Under the pieces are notes generated by a model. It saw only the letters and a list, made by a program, of their open reading frames with translations. It did no database searches and was not told the origin of the DNA. Positions 8,715 through 17,021 of a DNA stretch of 45,417 bases are shown here, piece by piece. Source of the DNA: Gemmatimonadales bacterium (GTDB lineage Bacteria; Gemmatimonadota; Gemmatimonadetes; Palauibacterales; Palauibacteraceae). Position 1 is the stretch's first letter; every line of letters begins with the position of its first letter. The stretch spans positions 1-45,417 of the forward strand of contig DAOVWI010000002.1 in NCBI GenBank assembly GCA_030636765.1, in the 5' to 3' direction. The position numbers and the translations under genes were made by a program.

Positions 8715-9932
8715 TTGAACCGATCCTCGGAGCCCGGGCCGAACTCCGGCGTGGCCACCCGCTCCCGCCTGGACCCTATCGAGGTCCTTCCCGTAGCGCC
8801 GCGAAGCGATGGGATGGAGGCCTTCATCCGCCTGCCGTGGTCGATCTATCACGGCTACCGAACCTGGGTTCCGCCTCTGATCCGCGACGTGCGCGTCATG
8901 ATGGATCCGGAGCGCCACCCGTTTCATCGCCATTCGGAGGTTCAGGCGTTCCTCGCGCTGCGGGACGGCCGACCGGTCGGGCGGATCGCCGCGATCCACA
9001 ACCGGCGCCACGTCGAGTTTCACGAAGAGAAGGTCGGTTTCTTCGGGTTCTACGAGTGCGAGCAGGATGAGGCTGCATCGGCCGGCCTCCTGGACGCGGC
9101 GGCCGAATGGCTGAGCGAGCGGGGTCTCGAGGCGATGCGCGGCCCCACGAGCTTCTCCACCAACGAGGAGGCGGGCCTGCTGGTCGAAGGCTTCGACGAT
9201 CCGCCCGCCGTCATGATGGCGTACAACCCACCGTACTACGAGCGGCTGTTCGAGGTCTACGGCCTGAGTCCCTGCAAGACGCTCCTGGCCTACCACGTGT
9301 ACGCGAGCGAGCCGCCGGAGTATCTGGTCCGGGTCGCGGCCATCGTGGAGCGGCGTACCGGCGTGAAGGTTCGTCATCTGCGGATGCGCGATTTCGATAG
9401 CGAGCTCGAGATCGTTCGGGACATTTACAACGCGGCGTGGCGGCGCAACTGGGGGTTCGTGCCGATGACTGACGAGGAGATCCGGCACATGGCCCGGGAG
9501 CTCAAGCCGGTCGTCGATCCCCGTCTGACGCTGATTGGAGAGAACCCGGACGGAAGACCCGTGGGCTTCGCCCTCGCCCTGCCCGACTTCAACCAGGTGC
9601 TGCGTCGTTTGAACGGGAGGCTCTTTCCCTTCGGGTTGCTCAAGGCGCTCTGGCTGCGCCGACGGATCGACAGCCTCCGCGTCCTCACCCTGGGGGTGCT
9701 GGACGAGTACCGCGGCAAGGGCCTCGACGCGCTGTTCTACCTGGGCATCTTCCGGGGCGGCAATACGCAGGGAATCAACCAGGGCGAGTTCTCATGGGTG
9801 CTGGAGGACAACGTCATGATGCGGCGGCCGCTCGAGCGAATGGGGGCGCGCGTGCGCAAACGGTATCGTATCTACGATGTCTCGCTCCGAGCGTCCCCCT
9901 CCGAGTCGATGCCGGTTTTCGACCCGCGCTGA
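8715..9932 (+). CDS. GNAT-fold N-acyltransferase-like protein (about 400 aa, two-lobed)
   Basis: Starts 33 nt after the SPT-like gene. VLDEYRGKGLDALFY resembles GNAT motif A (R-x-x-G-x-G/A-like). The N-terminal FIRLPWSIYHGYRTWVPPLIRD and RIAAIHN blocks match a widespread uncharacterised roughly 380-400-aa acyltransferase family as I remember it. The start is uncertain: TTG at 8715, or alternatively GTG at 8751. Confidence 0.7.
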   Translation: MNRSSEPGPNSGVATRSRLDPIEVLPVAPRSDGMEAFIRLPWSIYHGYRTWVPPLIRDVRVMMDPERHPFHRHSEVQAFLALRDGRPVGRIAAIHNRRHVEFHEEKVGFFGFYECEQDEAASAGLLDAAAEWLSERGLEAMRGPTSFSTNEEAGLLVEGFDDPPAVMMAYNPPYYERLFEVYGLSPCKTLLAYHVYASEPPEYLVRVAAIVERRTGVKVRHLRMRDFDSELEIVRDIYNAAWRRNWGFVPMTDEEIRHMARELKPVVDPRLTLIGENPDGRPVGFALALPDFNQVLRRLNGRLFPFGLLKALWLRRRIDSLRVLTLGVLDEYRGKGLDALFYLGIFRGGNTQGINQGEFSWVLEDNVMMRRPLERMGARVRKRYRIYDVSLRASPSESMPVFDPR

Positions 9933-9945
9933 TGACCGGTCGTTC

Positions 9946-10899
9946 ATGACCGCTCGCCGCGTCCTCGTAACCGGTGCCACCGGATTCCTGGGAAGCCATG
10001 TGGTCGAGGCGCACCTCGAGGCCGGATGCAGGGTGCGGTGCTCGGTGCGAAGCACGAGCGACCTCCGGTGGCTGGAGGGCCTCGATGTGGAACGGGTCGA
10101 GCTGGACGTGCGCGATGCTTCGGGTCTCTCCGACGCTCTGGTGGGGATCGACACGGTGGTGCACGCCGCCGGGATTACGCGAGCTACGACGGAGGCGGAC
10201 TACTTCCGCGTCAATGCCACCGGGGCGGCGCGCCTCGCCGAGGCAGCCGTGAAGGCGGGGGTGTCCAGGTTCGTGCTGATTAGCAGCCTTGCCGCCCGGG
10301 GACCGGACGGGATGGCGGGCCCGGTCAGCCCCTACGGCGAGAGCAAGCGGCGCGGTGAGGATCTCGCGCGCCTCTTCGAGGAGAGAGTCGAGCTTGTCGT
10401 TCTCCGGCCCGGAGGCATCTACGGGCCGCGGGACACGGAGCTGCTGCCGCTCTTCCAGACGGCCGGACGCGGGTGGCTGATGGTCCCGGCCGGCGGCCCG
10501 CCTCTGCAGCCGGTCTACGCGACCGATGTCGCGCGGCTCACCGTCGCGGCCGCGACGCTCCCGTACGCCGGGGTGGGCCCGTTTCCAGTGGCGGAGGAGC
10601 GGGCGTATGGTTGGGACGAGGTTGCAGCCGGGCTCTCGTCCGCCCTCGGAAGGCGGGTACGATCGATCCCAGTCCCTGCCGGCGCGTTCATACTGGCTGG
10701 CGCCGCCCTCGAGAGAGGGGCGCGGCTCGTCCGCCGACGCCCGCCGCTCGACCGGCGCCGGGCCTTGGATCTGAGCCGGCATGGATGGACGTGCGACACA
10801 CGGCCGACGCGAGATGCGTTCGGCTGGCGGGCGCAGGTCCCGCTGGAAGCCGGGCTCGTGCGAACCGCGGAGTGGTACCGGCGAGTGGGGTGGCTGTAA
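9946..10899 (+). CDS. extended SDR, NAD-dependent epimerase/dehydratase-family reductase
   Basis: VLVTGATGFLGSHVV Rossmann motif directly after the ATG at 9946, and the catalytic YxxxK as SPYGESK. It starts 13 nt after the previous stop. Confidence 0.85.
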   Translation: MTARRVLVTGATGFLGSHVVEAHLEAGCRVRCSVRSTSDLRWLEGLDVERVELDVRDASGLSDALVGIDTVVHAAGITRATTEADYFRVNATGAARLAEAAVKAGVSRFVLISSLAARGPDGMAGPVSPYGESKRRGEDLARLFEERVELVVLRPGGIYGPRDTELLPLFQTAGRGWLMVPAGGPPLQPVYATDVARLTVAAATLPYAGVGPFPVAEERAYGWDEVAAGLSSALGRRVRSIPVPAGAFILAGAALERGARLVRRRPPLDRRRALDLSRHGWTCDTRPTRDAFGWRAQVPLEAGLVRTAEWYRRVGWL

Positions 10900-11753
10900 G
10901 CGCGGAGCGCCAGAGCGGGCTCCTGACGATCGACCGGGTGGCGATCGGCTACCTGGCGGTGTCCGGAGCGCTTGCCCTGGCGGGAGGCCTGAAGGGTCTG
11001 GCGATTGCGGCCGCCCACGGGCTGGCGATCGCCGCGATCTACGGCCTGGCGCGACGACCGATGCCGGCTAGCCACCTGGCCGTCTTCCTCCGGCTGATGT
11101 ATCCGATCATCGCGACGCCGCTCCTTTACCACGAGGTCGCGCTCCTTAGCCGCTTTTTCCATCCGGATTACTTCGACGGGGTCGTGCAGGGCTGGGAGGT
11201 GGCGATCTTCGGCTCTCAGGTGAGTCAGGAGGCGAGCCGGTGGCTGCCGGCCTTCTGGCTCTCCGAGTTCCTAAACCTCGGCTACGTGGCGTACTACCTG
11301 ATCATCCCCGGACTGGCGATCGCGTCGCAACGGTTCGGAGGGGGGGTCGGCCTGCACCGCTTCGCGGTCTCGGTCGCCCTCGGTTTCTTCGTGTGCTACG
11401 TGTGGTTCATTCTCTTCCCCGTTGTGGGGCCGCGCTACGCCTTCGGCCCCCTGGAAGGCGCGCTCTCCGATGGGAGATTCAACCGGATCGTCCGGACGAT
11501 TCTGGAGGGCGGCTCCTCCAAGGGAACGGCCTTCCCGAGCTCACACATTGCGGCGACGTGCTCGGCGTGGATCGCCGCGGGGCGAGAGGATCGACGCGTT
11601 CTGTGGCTCATGGCGGTGCCGGTTGGCGCGCTGGTGCTCGGAACGGTGTACGGGGGGTATCATTACGCTGTCGACGCTGCGGCCGGGCTGGCCGTGGCGG
11701 CCGCGGTCATGGTCGCGGCGCCACGGCTGGCGGCGGCGGCCTCGCCCGTGTGA
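10890..11753 (+). CDS. polytopic PAP2-superfamily membrane protein (lipid phosphatase / phosphotransferase type)
   Basis: Has multiple hydrophobic helices. FPSSHIAATCSAW (SxH, C2 motif) and GGYHYAVDAAAG (HxxxD, C3 motif) are present. I place the start at the GTG at 10890, overlapping the SDR stop by 10 nt. The upstream 139 codons of the track ORF lie out of frame inside the SDR gene. Confidence 0.7.
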   Translation: MAVSAERQSGLLTIDRVAIGYLAVSGALALAGGLKGLAIAAAHGLAIAAIYGLARRPMPASHLAVFLRLMYPIIATPLLYHEVALLSRFFHPDYFDGVVQGWEVAIFGSQVSQEASRWLPAFWLSEFLNLGYVAYYLIIPGLAIASQRFGGGVGLHRFAVSVALGFFVCYVWFILFPVVGPRYAFGPLEGALSDGRFNRIVRTILEGGSSKGTAFPSSHIAATCSAWIAAGREDRRVLWLMAVPVGALVLGTVYGGYHYAVDAAAGLAVAAAVMVAAPRLAAAASPV

Positions 11754-11780
11754 TCGAGCCCGGATCTCCCGGCAAGGCCG

Positions 11781-11807
11781 GGCAACCTTCCCTTGCCGTC
11801 AGGCGTC
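11781..11807 (+). promoter_or_regulatory. candidate ECF-type promoter (GGCAAC-N17-CGTC)
   Basis: GGCAAC at 11781-11786 and CGTC at 11804-11807 resemble the GGAAC-N16/17-CGTC pattern of autoregulated ECF promoters. It lies about 30 nt upstream of the sigma-factor GTG. It overlaps a hairpin (11770-11777 / 11791-11798). Confidence 0.25.
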
Positions 11808-11835
11808 GAATCTGCGGACGATCGAAAGGACTCGG

Positions 11836-12390
11836 GTGGAAGAGCAGGTACTCGTAGAGCGCGCCAGGGCCGGTGATCGACTCGCCATGAGCCAGCTGTA
11901 TCAGGCTCACTCGAGGCGCGTCTACGCCGTCGTTCGGCGGCTGGCAGGCGATGACGATCTCGCGGCCGACCTCTCGCAGGATGCGTGGGTTCGAGCGTTC
12001 GAGCGCCTTCATCTGTACCGTGGCGAGGCGGCGTTCGGCACGTGGATGCACCGCTTGGCCACGAACGTGGCGCTCAACCGGCCGCGGCGGCGCACCAAGC
12101 GACCGGACGTCGAAGCGTCGGCCGTGGGGATGCGGACGTACGAAAAACCGTCCGACGAAGCGGTGATGAGTCGGCGGGTGCTGAGCGATGCTCTGGATAA
12201 ACTGCCCGATGGATATCGGCGCGTGCTCGTGATGCACGACGTCGAAGGTTGGACTCACGAGGAGATAGGGAAGTCGCTGGGCATCGCGTCCGGCACCTCG
12301 AAGTCACAGCTACACAAGGCACGCGCGCGGATGCGGCAGCTGATCGCCCCCTCCGCGGCAGCCACAGAAGCAGGAAATGGCGTGCAATGA
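11836..12390 (+). CDS. ECF (group IV) RNA polymerase sigma-70 factor
   Basis: Region 2 (AMSQLYQAHSRRVYAVVRRLAGDDDLAADLSQDAWVRAF) and region 4 HTH (VMHDVEGWTHEEIGKSLGIASGTSKSQLHKAR) are present. The GTG at 11836 is preceded by AAGGA 5 nt upstream. Confidence 0.85.
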   Translation: MEEQVLVERARAGDRLAMSQLYQAHSRRVYAVVRRLAGDDDLAADLSQDAWVRAFERLHLYRGEAAFGTWMHRLATNVALNRPRRRTKRPDVEASAVGMRTYEKPSDEAVMSRRVLSDALDKLPDGYRRVLVMHDVEGWTHEEIGKSLGIASGTSKSQLHKARARMRQLIAPSAAATEAGNGVQ

Positions 12391-13091
12391 TTGACCAGCG
12401 TTACGAACACCTGACGCTCGAGATGATCTCGGAGGTGCTCGAGGAGCCGGAGCTGCATCCGGAGGCGGCCGAGCATCTGGCTGCATGCGACGTGTGCAGC
12501 CTCGAGCACTCTTTGATGCGCCGAATGCTGATGGCGCTTTCGGGGCTCGGCGAGATGGATCCCCCTGCCGACGAGTGGGAACGGGTCGAGTCGAGGCTTC
12601 CGACCAAGCGGCTTGTGATCCCGATCCGGCCTCTCCACCTCTTCCGAGGATGGCCTGCGCAGGTAGCCGCGGCCATGATCCTCTTTGCGGGCGGCATCCT
12701 GGCCGGTCTCACGTTCATGGGTGGAGGTCCGGACGACGCCGCGACGTTGGTGTTGAACGGCGAGTCCCTGCCGAGCGTGGGCGACCCCGTACCGGGCGGG
12801 CCCGAGACTCGGTCACCGTTCGCTCTGGCGCAGTACTACGAGGCGGTCGCCGGTCTGGAACAGCTCAGAGCCCGGCCCGGCGGATCCGGCGATCTGCTGG
12901 AGGACCCGATGGCGACCACGGAGCGGCTGGTGCGGCTCGACGGGCTGATAGAGGCATCGCGTGAGGCGCTGGCCAACTCGCCCACGGATCCGGCGGTGAA
13001 CAACCTTCTTTTCGATCTGATCAAGGAGCGGGATGATCTCTCCCTCGGTCTGGAGAGCGCCGTTCATCTCGCCGGGCTCGACTACCGATGA
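12387..13091 (+). CDS. zinc-binding (ZAS, HxxxCxxC) transmembrane anti-sigma factor
   Basis: ATGA start/stop overlap with the sigma gene. The HLAACDVC motif and a single TM segment (WPAQVAAAMILFAGGILAGLTF) are present. Confidence 0.75.
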   Translation: MIDQRYEHLTLEMISEVLEEPELHPEAAEHLAACDVCSLEHSLMRRMLMALSGLGEMDPPADEWERVESRLPTKRLVIPIRPLHLFRGWPAQVAAAMILFAGGILAGLTFMGGGPDDAATLVLNGESLPSVGDPVPGGPETRSPFALAQYYEAVAGLEQLRARPGGSGDLLEDPMATTERLVRLDGLIEASREALANSPTDPAVNNLLFDLIKERDDLSLGLESAVHLAGLDYR

Positions 13092-14266
13092 TGTCGAAGC
13101 CGTATTCGCTTCTCTTCGCTCTCGGCCTGACGACCTCGATGGGTCTGGCTGGCCGGCTAGCGGCTCAGGAGCCGCCGATGCCGCCGGTGCCAGCGCCGGG
13201 GGACGCAGCCCGGGCGCCTCGAGTCGGCCAGCCCTGGCTGGGCGTGGGTCTCGAGACTCGCGTAGAGTGCCCCTCGGGTGGGAAGAAGCGAGACTGCAGT
13301 CGTTTCCTTCTGATCAGCTCGGTCGTCGTAGGCAGTCCGGCCGAGGCGGCGGGCATCGCCGTCGGCGACACCGTGGTGGAGATCGACGGTGCGACGCCGG
13401 AGACCGCGGAGTTCCGGCGCCGCCTGAGACGTCTCGAGGTGGGCACGGCGATTGAGGTCGTCGTGGGCCGGGTCGGGGAGCGGACCTCGCTGGAGGTCGT
13501 CCCGCGAGCGCGTCCGGACGTCGTGGCGATGCGGGTTCGCGCTCGACCGAGCGCCGTGTGGAACTGGGCGACGCCGGAAGGAGAGATGAGCCTGCCCATC
13601 ATCGTCGAGACGGCCGATTCGGCCAAGGCGAGCGTCTGGATGTTCAAGAACGGCGACGATCGTCACGTGGTGATCGTGCCGAGCAAGGATGGATGGAAGG
13701 TTCGGATCGTCGAGCGGGACGCTGAGGGCGCGTACGACGACGTCCGGCACCTGGAGGTGCAGGTGCGCGATCTTGAGGGCTACGTCGCGCAGAATGGTGA
13801 GGACATGCGGCGGGCGTGGGCCGAGCTGCGCGAACGGATCAGGACCGAGCTTACTCCGGAGATGGCAGCGCTTCGCGACTCGGTGCTTGCCGAAGCGCGC
13901 GTGAAGCTCGAGGCGGTACGGAAGGCCCGGTCGGCCTACGGATCCGGAAGAGCTCGCGTACGCTACGCGCCCCCTCCACACCTTCTGGAGGCCACTCGGC
14001 GGCTTGCCGGGGCGGAATTCGAGCCGCTCGGACCCGAACTCTCCCACGACGGTCTGGAGCAGGGGCTCCTGGTCCTGCACGTGATCGAGGGGACGCCGGC
14101 CTACCGGCTGGGCTTGCGCCGGGGTGACGTCGTCGTCGAGGTGGGCGGAACGGAGTGTAGCGACGTCTCCGACTTCCGGGATGCCATTCTCGGGACGACC
14201 GGGGGTGGGGTCGAGGTGAAGTGGGTACGCAAGGGCAAGGTAATGAAGAGCGTTCTCGATGAGTGA
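13088..14266 (+). CDS. secreted protein with two PDZ domains and no recognisable protease domain
   Basis: ATGA overlap with the anti-sigma gene. Signal-like MMSKPYSLLFALGLTTSMGLAGRLAAQ. PDZ-like blocks are LLISSVVVGSPAEAAGIAVGDTVVEIDG and LLVLHVIEGTPAYRLGLRRGDVVVEVGG. No GDSGG or other catalytic motif was seen. Confidence 0.8.
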   Translation: MMSKPYSLLFALGLTTSMGLAGRLAAQEPPMPPVPAPGDAARAPRVGQPWLGVGLETRVECPSGGKKRDCSRFLLISSVVVGSPAEAAGIAVGDTVVEIDGATPETAEFRRRLRRLEVGTAIEVVVGRVGERTSLEVVPRARPDVVAMRVRARPSAVWNWATPEGEMSLPIIVETADSAKASVWMFKNGDDRHVVIVPSKDGWKVRIVERDAEGAYDDVRHLEVQVRDLEGYVAQNGEDMRRAWAELRERIRTELTPEMAALRDSVLAEARVKLEAVRKARSAYGSGRARVRYAPPPHLLEATRRLAGAEFEPLGPELSHDGLEQGLLVLHVIEGTPAYRLGLRRGDVVVEVGGTECSDVSDFRDAILGTTGGGVEVKWVRKGKVMKSVLDE

Positions 14267-14355
14267 CCTCCTGGCACATGCGTGACCTTCTGCCACGCCG
14301 TACTTCTTCAACAGCCTTCTAGCCCCCCGGTCCGCCCGGCCTGATCTTACCGGTC

Positions 14356-15531
14356 ATGGACGATGACCTTTCCGCTCGCGGCGCCCTCGAGGCCGATCTG
14401 GAGCGTCTGTCCGCAGAGCTGGCCCGAGCGTTCCAATCCTGGCGGCGGCAGCCCGAGCCGTGGGAGTTCGGCCGCACCAACGAGCTCGCGTGCAGAGCGT
14501 TTGCCATTCAGTATGCAGGTAACGCCCCGTACCGTCTCTACTGCGACAGGCTCGGGGTTTCTCCGGCCGATATAGATGAATGGCGGGATGTGCCGGCGGT
14601 CCCGACCGCCGCGTTCCGGCAGGTTCCCTTGTTCGTGGGCGATCCGGCCGAGGCGTCTCTGGAGTTCAGGACCAGCGGGACCACGCGGGGTCCGGGGCGG
14701 CGAGGGCGGCACCTAGTTCGAGACCCGGAGCTGTACAGGGCTTCCCTGGAAGCGGCGTTCCACCACTTCGTGCTGAAGAGGGCAGGTGGTGACGCCGACC
14801 GGATGCTCGTGGCCTCGCTGGTTCCACCGTTCTGCGATGCTCCGGACTCCTCGCTCTCCTGGATGGCGGACGCCGTCGTCTCCGGCTTCGGACGACCCGG
14901 CTCGACGTTTCTAGCCTCCGCTCGAGCCATCGATTGGCCCCGCGCCGAGCGCTTCGTGACTTCGGCCGCGGCCGCGCCCGACGCCGTTCCCGTTTGCCTT
15001 TTCGGGACGACGCTGGCGTTCGCCGAGTGGCTTCGGCGGCTGGAGGAGTCCGGCCTCTCCGTCTCCCTGCCGGAAGGCTCCGTCGCCATGGACACGGGAG
15101 GCTCGAAGGGAAGGGACGGACCCAGCCGAGAGCGGGTCATGAAGGAGCTCGCAGGACGGCTCGGTATCGCGTCGTCCTCCGTCATCAACGAGTTGGGCAT
15201 GACCGAGCTTCTCTCGCAGCGCTACGCACCGCTCGCCGGGGGCAGGCTGGGCGAATCCGCCGGCCCGCCCCCGCTTCGCGGACCGCCGTGGTTGCTGAGC
15301 CGCGCGCTTGACCCCGAGACGCTGGAGGAGCTGTCGGAAGGCGAAGTTGGCGTGCTCAACCACTTCGACCTGGCGAACGTCTGTAGCGTCTGCAGCATCC
15401 TGACGGAGGATCTCGGCGCGGTGACGGAGAACACGGTTTGCTGGGCGGGACGCTCGCCCGGGGCGCCACCACGCGGGTGCTCGCTGGCAACCGCGGAGCT
15501 CCTGAGGGCACAGGCAGGCCGGACCTCGTGA
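14356..15531 (+). CDS. LuxE-like acyl-protein synthetase (long-chain fatty acid ligase family)
   Basis: FAIQYAGNAPYRLYCDRLGVSPADIDEWRDVPAVPTAAFRQ and FRTSGTT...GRHLVRD match the LuxE family N-terminal and adenylation blocks as I know them. Confidence 0.8.
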   Translation: MDDDLSARGALEADLERLSAELARAFQSWRRQPEPWEFGRTNELACRAFAIQYAGNAPYRLYCDRLGVSPADIDEWRDVPAVPTAAFRQVPLFVGDPAEASLEFRTSGTTRGPGRRGRHLVRDPELYRASLEAAFHHFVLKRAGGDADRMLVASLVPPFCDAPDSSLSWMADAVVSGFGRPGSTFLASARAIDWPRAERFVTSAAAAPDAVPVCLFGTTLAFAEWLRRLEESGLSVSLPEGSVAMDTGGSKGRDGPSRERVMKELAGRLGIASSSVINELGMTELLSQRYAPLAGGRLGESAGPPPLRGPPWLLSRALDPETLEELSEGEVGVLNHFDLANVCSVCSILTEDLGAVTENTVCWAGRSPGAPPRGCSLATAELLRAQAGRTS

Positions 15532-15541
15532 GGGCCGAGCG

Positions 15542-16975
15542 ATGAGCGACGCTTTGGAGCTCTGGCATCTGCCGGGCCTCGACGCAGATGATCCGGCGCT
15601 GTGCTCCGGGTGGATCGAGGGGCGCACCGCTGCTGGCCGAGCCTTCCGAGTCCCCGCGCCGACCGCCGAGGGCGCAGCGCTAATCGCCGGAGAGGTTCGC
15701 CGGGCGGCGCTTCGGGCGCGCGGCGAGCGATCCCTGACCGAGGTGGTCCACTCGGTTGCGACGGCCGCTGGGCGCCTCGCCGAAGCGTCGGCCTCGGCTG
15801 GCGGCGAAGCGGTCCGGCTGCTGGCGGATGAACAGGGCTGGTCGGAGCCGCTGGCGCAGGAGACTCTCGCCGAGATGGGCCGGATCTGGACGGAGGAGTC
15901 GCTGTGGAGGGTGCTGCGCTCGGAGCTGCCCGATCCCCTAGTGCTCGAGGAGTTTCGCGTGGATCCCGAGGTGCGCGACGGGCTGCCGGAAGGCTCAGGG
16001 GGCGAGAGACGGCGGCGAGCTTCGGGGCCGCCGCTCCTCTTTCAGATCATGGCGGGGAACGTTCCGGGAGTCGCGGTCACCGCGGTCATGCGCGGGCTGC
16101 TCGTTCGCTCCGGGGTTCTGACGAAGCTGCCCGAGGAGGAGCCGGGCCTGGTCGTGCTCTTCGCGAGACACCTGGCGGAGGTAGATCCTCTGCTGGCCCT
16201 GTCGTTGGCGGCGACGTGGTGGCCCGCGGAAGAGGAGAATCCCCTGTGGAGCGAGTGGAGGGCCGAGGCCGGCAGGCTGGTCGTGTACGGCGGCGAGGCG
16301 GCTGTCCTCGGTGTGCGTGGCCGGGCACGCGCCGACCAGGAGATCATCTCCTACGGTCCGAAGCTCGGCGTAGGGGTGATTCTGCCGGGCACCGACGTGC
16401 CGGCTGCTGCCGGGGCACTCGCCCGCGATGTGTGTGCATACGAGCAGCAAGGGTGTGTCTCCCCCCGCCTGGTGTTCGTGCTCGGCTCGGCGGAGCCGTT
16501 CGCGAACGAGCTCGCGGGTGCCCTCGCCCGCGAGACCGAGCGCCTCCCGCGGCGGCCACTCCGCCCGGATGAGGCGGTAGCCATCCGATCGGCGCGTGCT
16601 GACGTGGAGTTCCGTGGGTACGCGCAGGGCGCGAGCCGCGTGCTCGCCAGCGAGAGGGACCTGGCCTGGACCGTTCTTCTGGACGACCCGCCCTGTCTGG
16701 AGGTCGAGCCCCTGCCGCGGGTAGTGCGCGTCTCCTGCGTTGGAACGCTTGAGATCCTGAAGAGGCTGATCGGGCCGCTGTCGGGTCGCATCCAGGCGCT
16801 CGGATACGCCGGGGACGGAGGGTTGCTGCGTCCGCTGGCGGAGGTGGCGGCCGACCTCGGCGTCGGCCGCCTGGCACCGCTAGGACGACTTGCCTGGCCG
16901 CCCGCCGACTGGAGGCATGACGGCCGCTACCAGCTGCTGCCGCTTCTGACGTGGACCGACTGGGAAGCGGAGTAG
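15542..16975 (+). CDS. LuxC-like acyl-CoA (acyl-protein) reductase
   Basis: Starts 10 nt after the LuxE-like gene. Contains IMAGNVPGVAVTAVMRGLLVRSGVLTKLPEEEP and the ALDH-like active-site context EQQGCVSPRLVFV. Confidence 0.8.
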   Translation: MSDALELWHLPGLDADDPALCSGWIEGRTAAGRAFRVPAPTAEGAALIAGEVRRAALRARGERSLTEVVHSVATAAGRLAEASASAGGEAVRLLADEQGWSEPLAQETLAEMGRIWTEESLWRVLRSELPDPLVLEEFRVDPEVRDGLPEGSGGERRRRASGPPLLFQIMAGNVPGVAVTAVMRGLLVRSGVLTKLPEEEPGLVVLFARHLAEVDPLLALSLAATWWPAEEENPLWSEWRAEAGRLVVYGGEAAVLGVRGRARADQEIISYGPKLGVGVILPGTDVPAAAGALARDVCAYEQQGCVSPRLVFVLGSAEPFANELAGALARETERLPRRPLRPDEAVAIRSARADVEFRGYAQGASRVLASERDLAWTVLLDDPPCLEVEPLPRVVRVSCVGTLEILKRLIGPLSGRIQALGYAGDGGLLRPLAEVAADLGVGRLAPLGRLAWPPADWRHDGRYQLLPLLTWTDWEAE

Positions 16976-16979
16976 AGAG

Positions 16980-17001
16980 TCGAGGAGTCCGGCCTCCTCG
17001 A
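16980..17001. terminator. hairpin between convergent genes (candidate bidirectional terminator)
   Basis: TCGAGGAG-TCCGGC-CTCCTCGA forms a perfect 8-bp GC-rich stem. It lies 5 nt after the LuxC-like stop and 20 nt before the stop of the minus-strand P460 gene. There is no clear U-tract. Confidence 0.35.
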
Positions 17002-17021
17002 AACCGCTGCTCTCTCCGGGC

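Noticed and set aside
7491-9488. 665-aa minus-strand ORF antisense to the SPT-like and GNAT-fold genes
   Set aside because: It lies fully antisense to two genes with strong family motifs. The translation is Arg/Pro/Gly/His-rich with no recognisable domain. This is the typical shadow ORF of a high-GC genome.
10473-10889. N-terminal 139-codon extension of the PAP2 ORF
   Set aside because: It lies out of frame inside the SDR gene and is Arg/Pro/Gly-rich. The hydrophobic PAP2 protein begins near the GTG at 10890.
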